In this document: piece after piece, positions 39,222 through 40,141 of the stretch
Position numbering within the stretch: position 1 is the stretch's first letter
Layout of the letters: each line of letters opens with the position of its first letter
Source of the DNA: a virus
DNA length: 40,141 nucleotides
Reading direction: 5' to 3' (one strand)
Virus record (IMG/VR): IMGVR_UViG_3300033412_000035
Translations under genes and position numbers: made by a program
The notes under the pieces: generated by a model
The model's database searches: none
Told to the model about the DNA's origin: nothing
The model's input: only the letters and a program-made list of their open reading frames with translations

Positions 39222-40141
39222 TCAGGCGTCGGTCACGATCTTGGTGTGGGCGGCGTCGAAGATTTCGCCCACGCCAGCGCGCATCGACGCGACGTACTCG
39301 GTGGCGCGCAGCGAGGCGTCCCGCTGGGTCTCGAGGCGGAACATGCGCTTCCAGACGATGCCCAGAGCCGCCATCGGGTCGTTGCCCGGGCCCGAGTGGA
39401 CCAGGCAGTCACCGACCACGTCGGCGCCCGCGTTGGCGGTGTCGGTCAGGCCCGCCGACCAGACCGGGTAGCCGCGGAAGAACAGCACCAGGCCATTGGT
39501 CATGCCGTTGTTCGGGCCAATGTTGGCGCCGAGGATCCGGTCGGTCGCCGTGGCATAGGTCGCGACCGAGGTGCTGGTCGCGGTGAGCGCGCCTTCGAGG
39601 TCGTTGACCTGCTGCTCGTCGAGCACGTAGGTCACGCCGTCCGGCGCGCGCACGCCGCGGGTGCGGATGCCGACCTGGGCCGCGAGCATCTGCGCGACGG
39701 TCAGATCCACGCCCGTGCTGCCGACACTGTTGGAGGCGTTCGCGAAGGTCGCCGCGACGTCGTCCTCGAGCGCGGTCATCAGGATCCGGGTCGAGTTGCC
39801 CAGCACGAGGCGGAGCCAGTCGATCCCGTCGATCGAATCCTCGTAGACGTTGTCGGTGATGGTCACCATGACCCCGTACTCCGAGGCGGTGAGCGTCACC
39901 TTGTTGGTCGAGAGCTGGGTGTTGCCGAGGTCGGTCGCCTCCGTGGCGTTGAACTCGGTGTCCACGCCGGTACCGCCGTCGCCGACGGTGCCCATGTTCG
40001 AGGCGAGCGACCAGATGTCGGTCGCGTTCGAGGCATTGCCGACGAGCGAGAACTCGCGCAGGAGCGGAGTTGCCACGACCCAGTCGTGGGCGTAGTCCAT
40101 CATCGTCGGCGCGATGATGGAGCTGTAGTAGACGTCGTTCG
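39222..40141 (-). CDS. Major capsid protein (HK97-fold type), 5' end continues at 154-1
   Basis: 315 aa in total. It follows the scaffold gene. The Thr/Ala/Gly-rich composition and the layout (...TLTASEYGVMVTITDN...) are typical of phage major capsid proteins. Call rests on position and general resemblance. Confidence 0.7.
   Translation of the reverse strand, partial: NDVYYSSIIAPTMMDYAHDWVVATPLLREFSLVGNASNATDIWSLASNMGTVGDGGTGVDTEFNATEATDLGNTQLSTNKVTLTASEYGVMVTITDNVYEDSIDGIDWLRLVLGNSTRILMTALEDDVAATFANASNSVGSTGVDLTVAQMLAAQVGIRTRGVRAPDGVTYVLDEQQVNDLEGALTATSTSVATYATATDRILGANIGPNNGMTNGLVLFFRGYPVWSAGLTDTANAGADVVGDCLVHSGPGNDPMAALGIVWKRMFRLETQRDASLRATEYVASMRAGVGEIFDAAHTKIVTDA
40016..40141. repeat. 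Terminal overlap, right copy (identical to 1-126)
   Basis: Same 126 nt as the window start. It lies inside the capsid gene, so it looks like an assembly or circularisation overlap rather than a packaging repeat. Confidence 0.95.

Larger units (their letters stand above)
1..40141. mobile_element. Complete circular genome of a temperate tailed phage (about 40,015 bp unique)
   Basis: Carries terminase, portal, capsid, tape measure, tail, lysis, replication, RecT, integrase and an attP-like tRNA fragment. The exact 126-nt overlap of the window ends closes the circle. Confidence 0.85.

Overview
The window is one complete, circularly closed genome of a high-GC temperate tailed phage. It has long-tailed (siphovirus-like) gene content: a tape measure and chaperone pair, and no sheath gene recognised. 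Nt 1-126 are repeated exactly at 40016-40141, so the unique length is about 40,015 bp and the major capsid gene runs across the junction.

Genes are packed almost end to end, with many ATGA/GTGA/TGATG start-stop overlaps, in six transcription blocks:
- **Late operon (minus, about 29 kb):** terS, terL, portal, scaffold and capsid (5132 down to 1, continuing at 40141), then head-tail genes, two accessory tail proteins, tail tube, chaperones, tape measure, Dit-like, Tal-like, and small membrane and holin-like genes, ending at 22655.
- **RHH gene (plus, 5225-5392):** a lone ribbon-helix-helix gene that is not in the ORF track.
- **Early-left operon (minus, 11898 down to 5389):** replication initiator with internal iteron-like repeats, a chain of tiny zinc-ribbon ORFs, VRR-NUC nuclease, a lipoprotein, a low-GC DGQHR/DndB-like gene, ATP-dependent DNA ligase.
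- **Lipoprotein moron (plus, 11932-12414).**
- **Immunity pair:** a 77-aa XRE-type HTH on the minus strand, divergent from a Cro-like HTH.
- **Early-right operon (plus, 12813-22658):** RecT, a (Gly-Tyr)n repeat protein, an ASCH-like protein, a T5orf172 protein, tyrosine integrase, attP carrying a tRNA 3' fragment, Ea22-like proteins, a Dam-like methyltransferase, an amidase endolysin and small TM proteins.

I found no rRNA, no intact tRNA, no CRISPR array and no reverse transcriptase.

The items most worth a second look are:
- the 300-nt GGC-NAC satellite encoding 50 Gly-X dipeptides;
- a roughly 200-aa module present on three tail proteins, one of which is a signal-peptide/lipobox SASA-esterase + PKD protein;
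- the low-GC DndB-like island;
- the 11-bp-phased repeats inside the replication gene;
- the RHH gene and its GATAGC repeats at the head of the late operon.

All functional calls rest on motifs I recognise by eye and on gene position. No database search was run.
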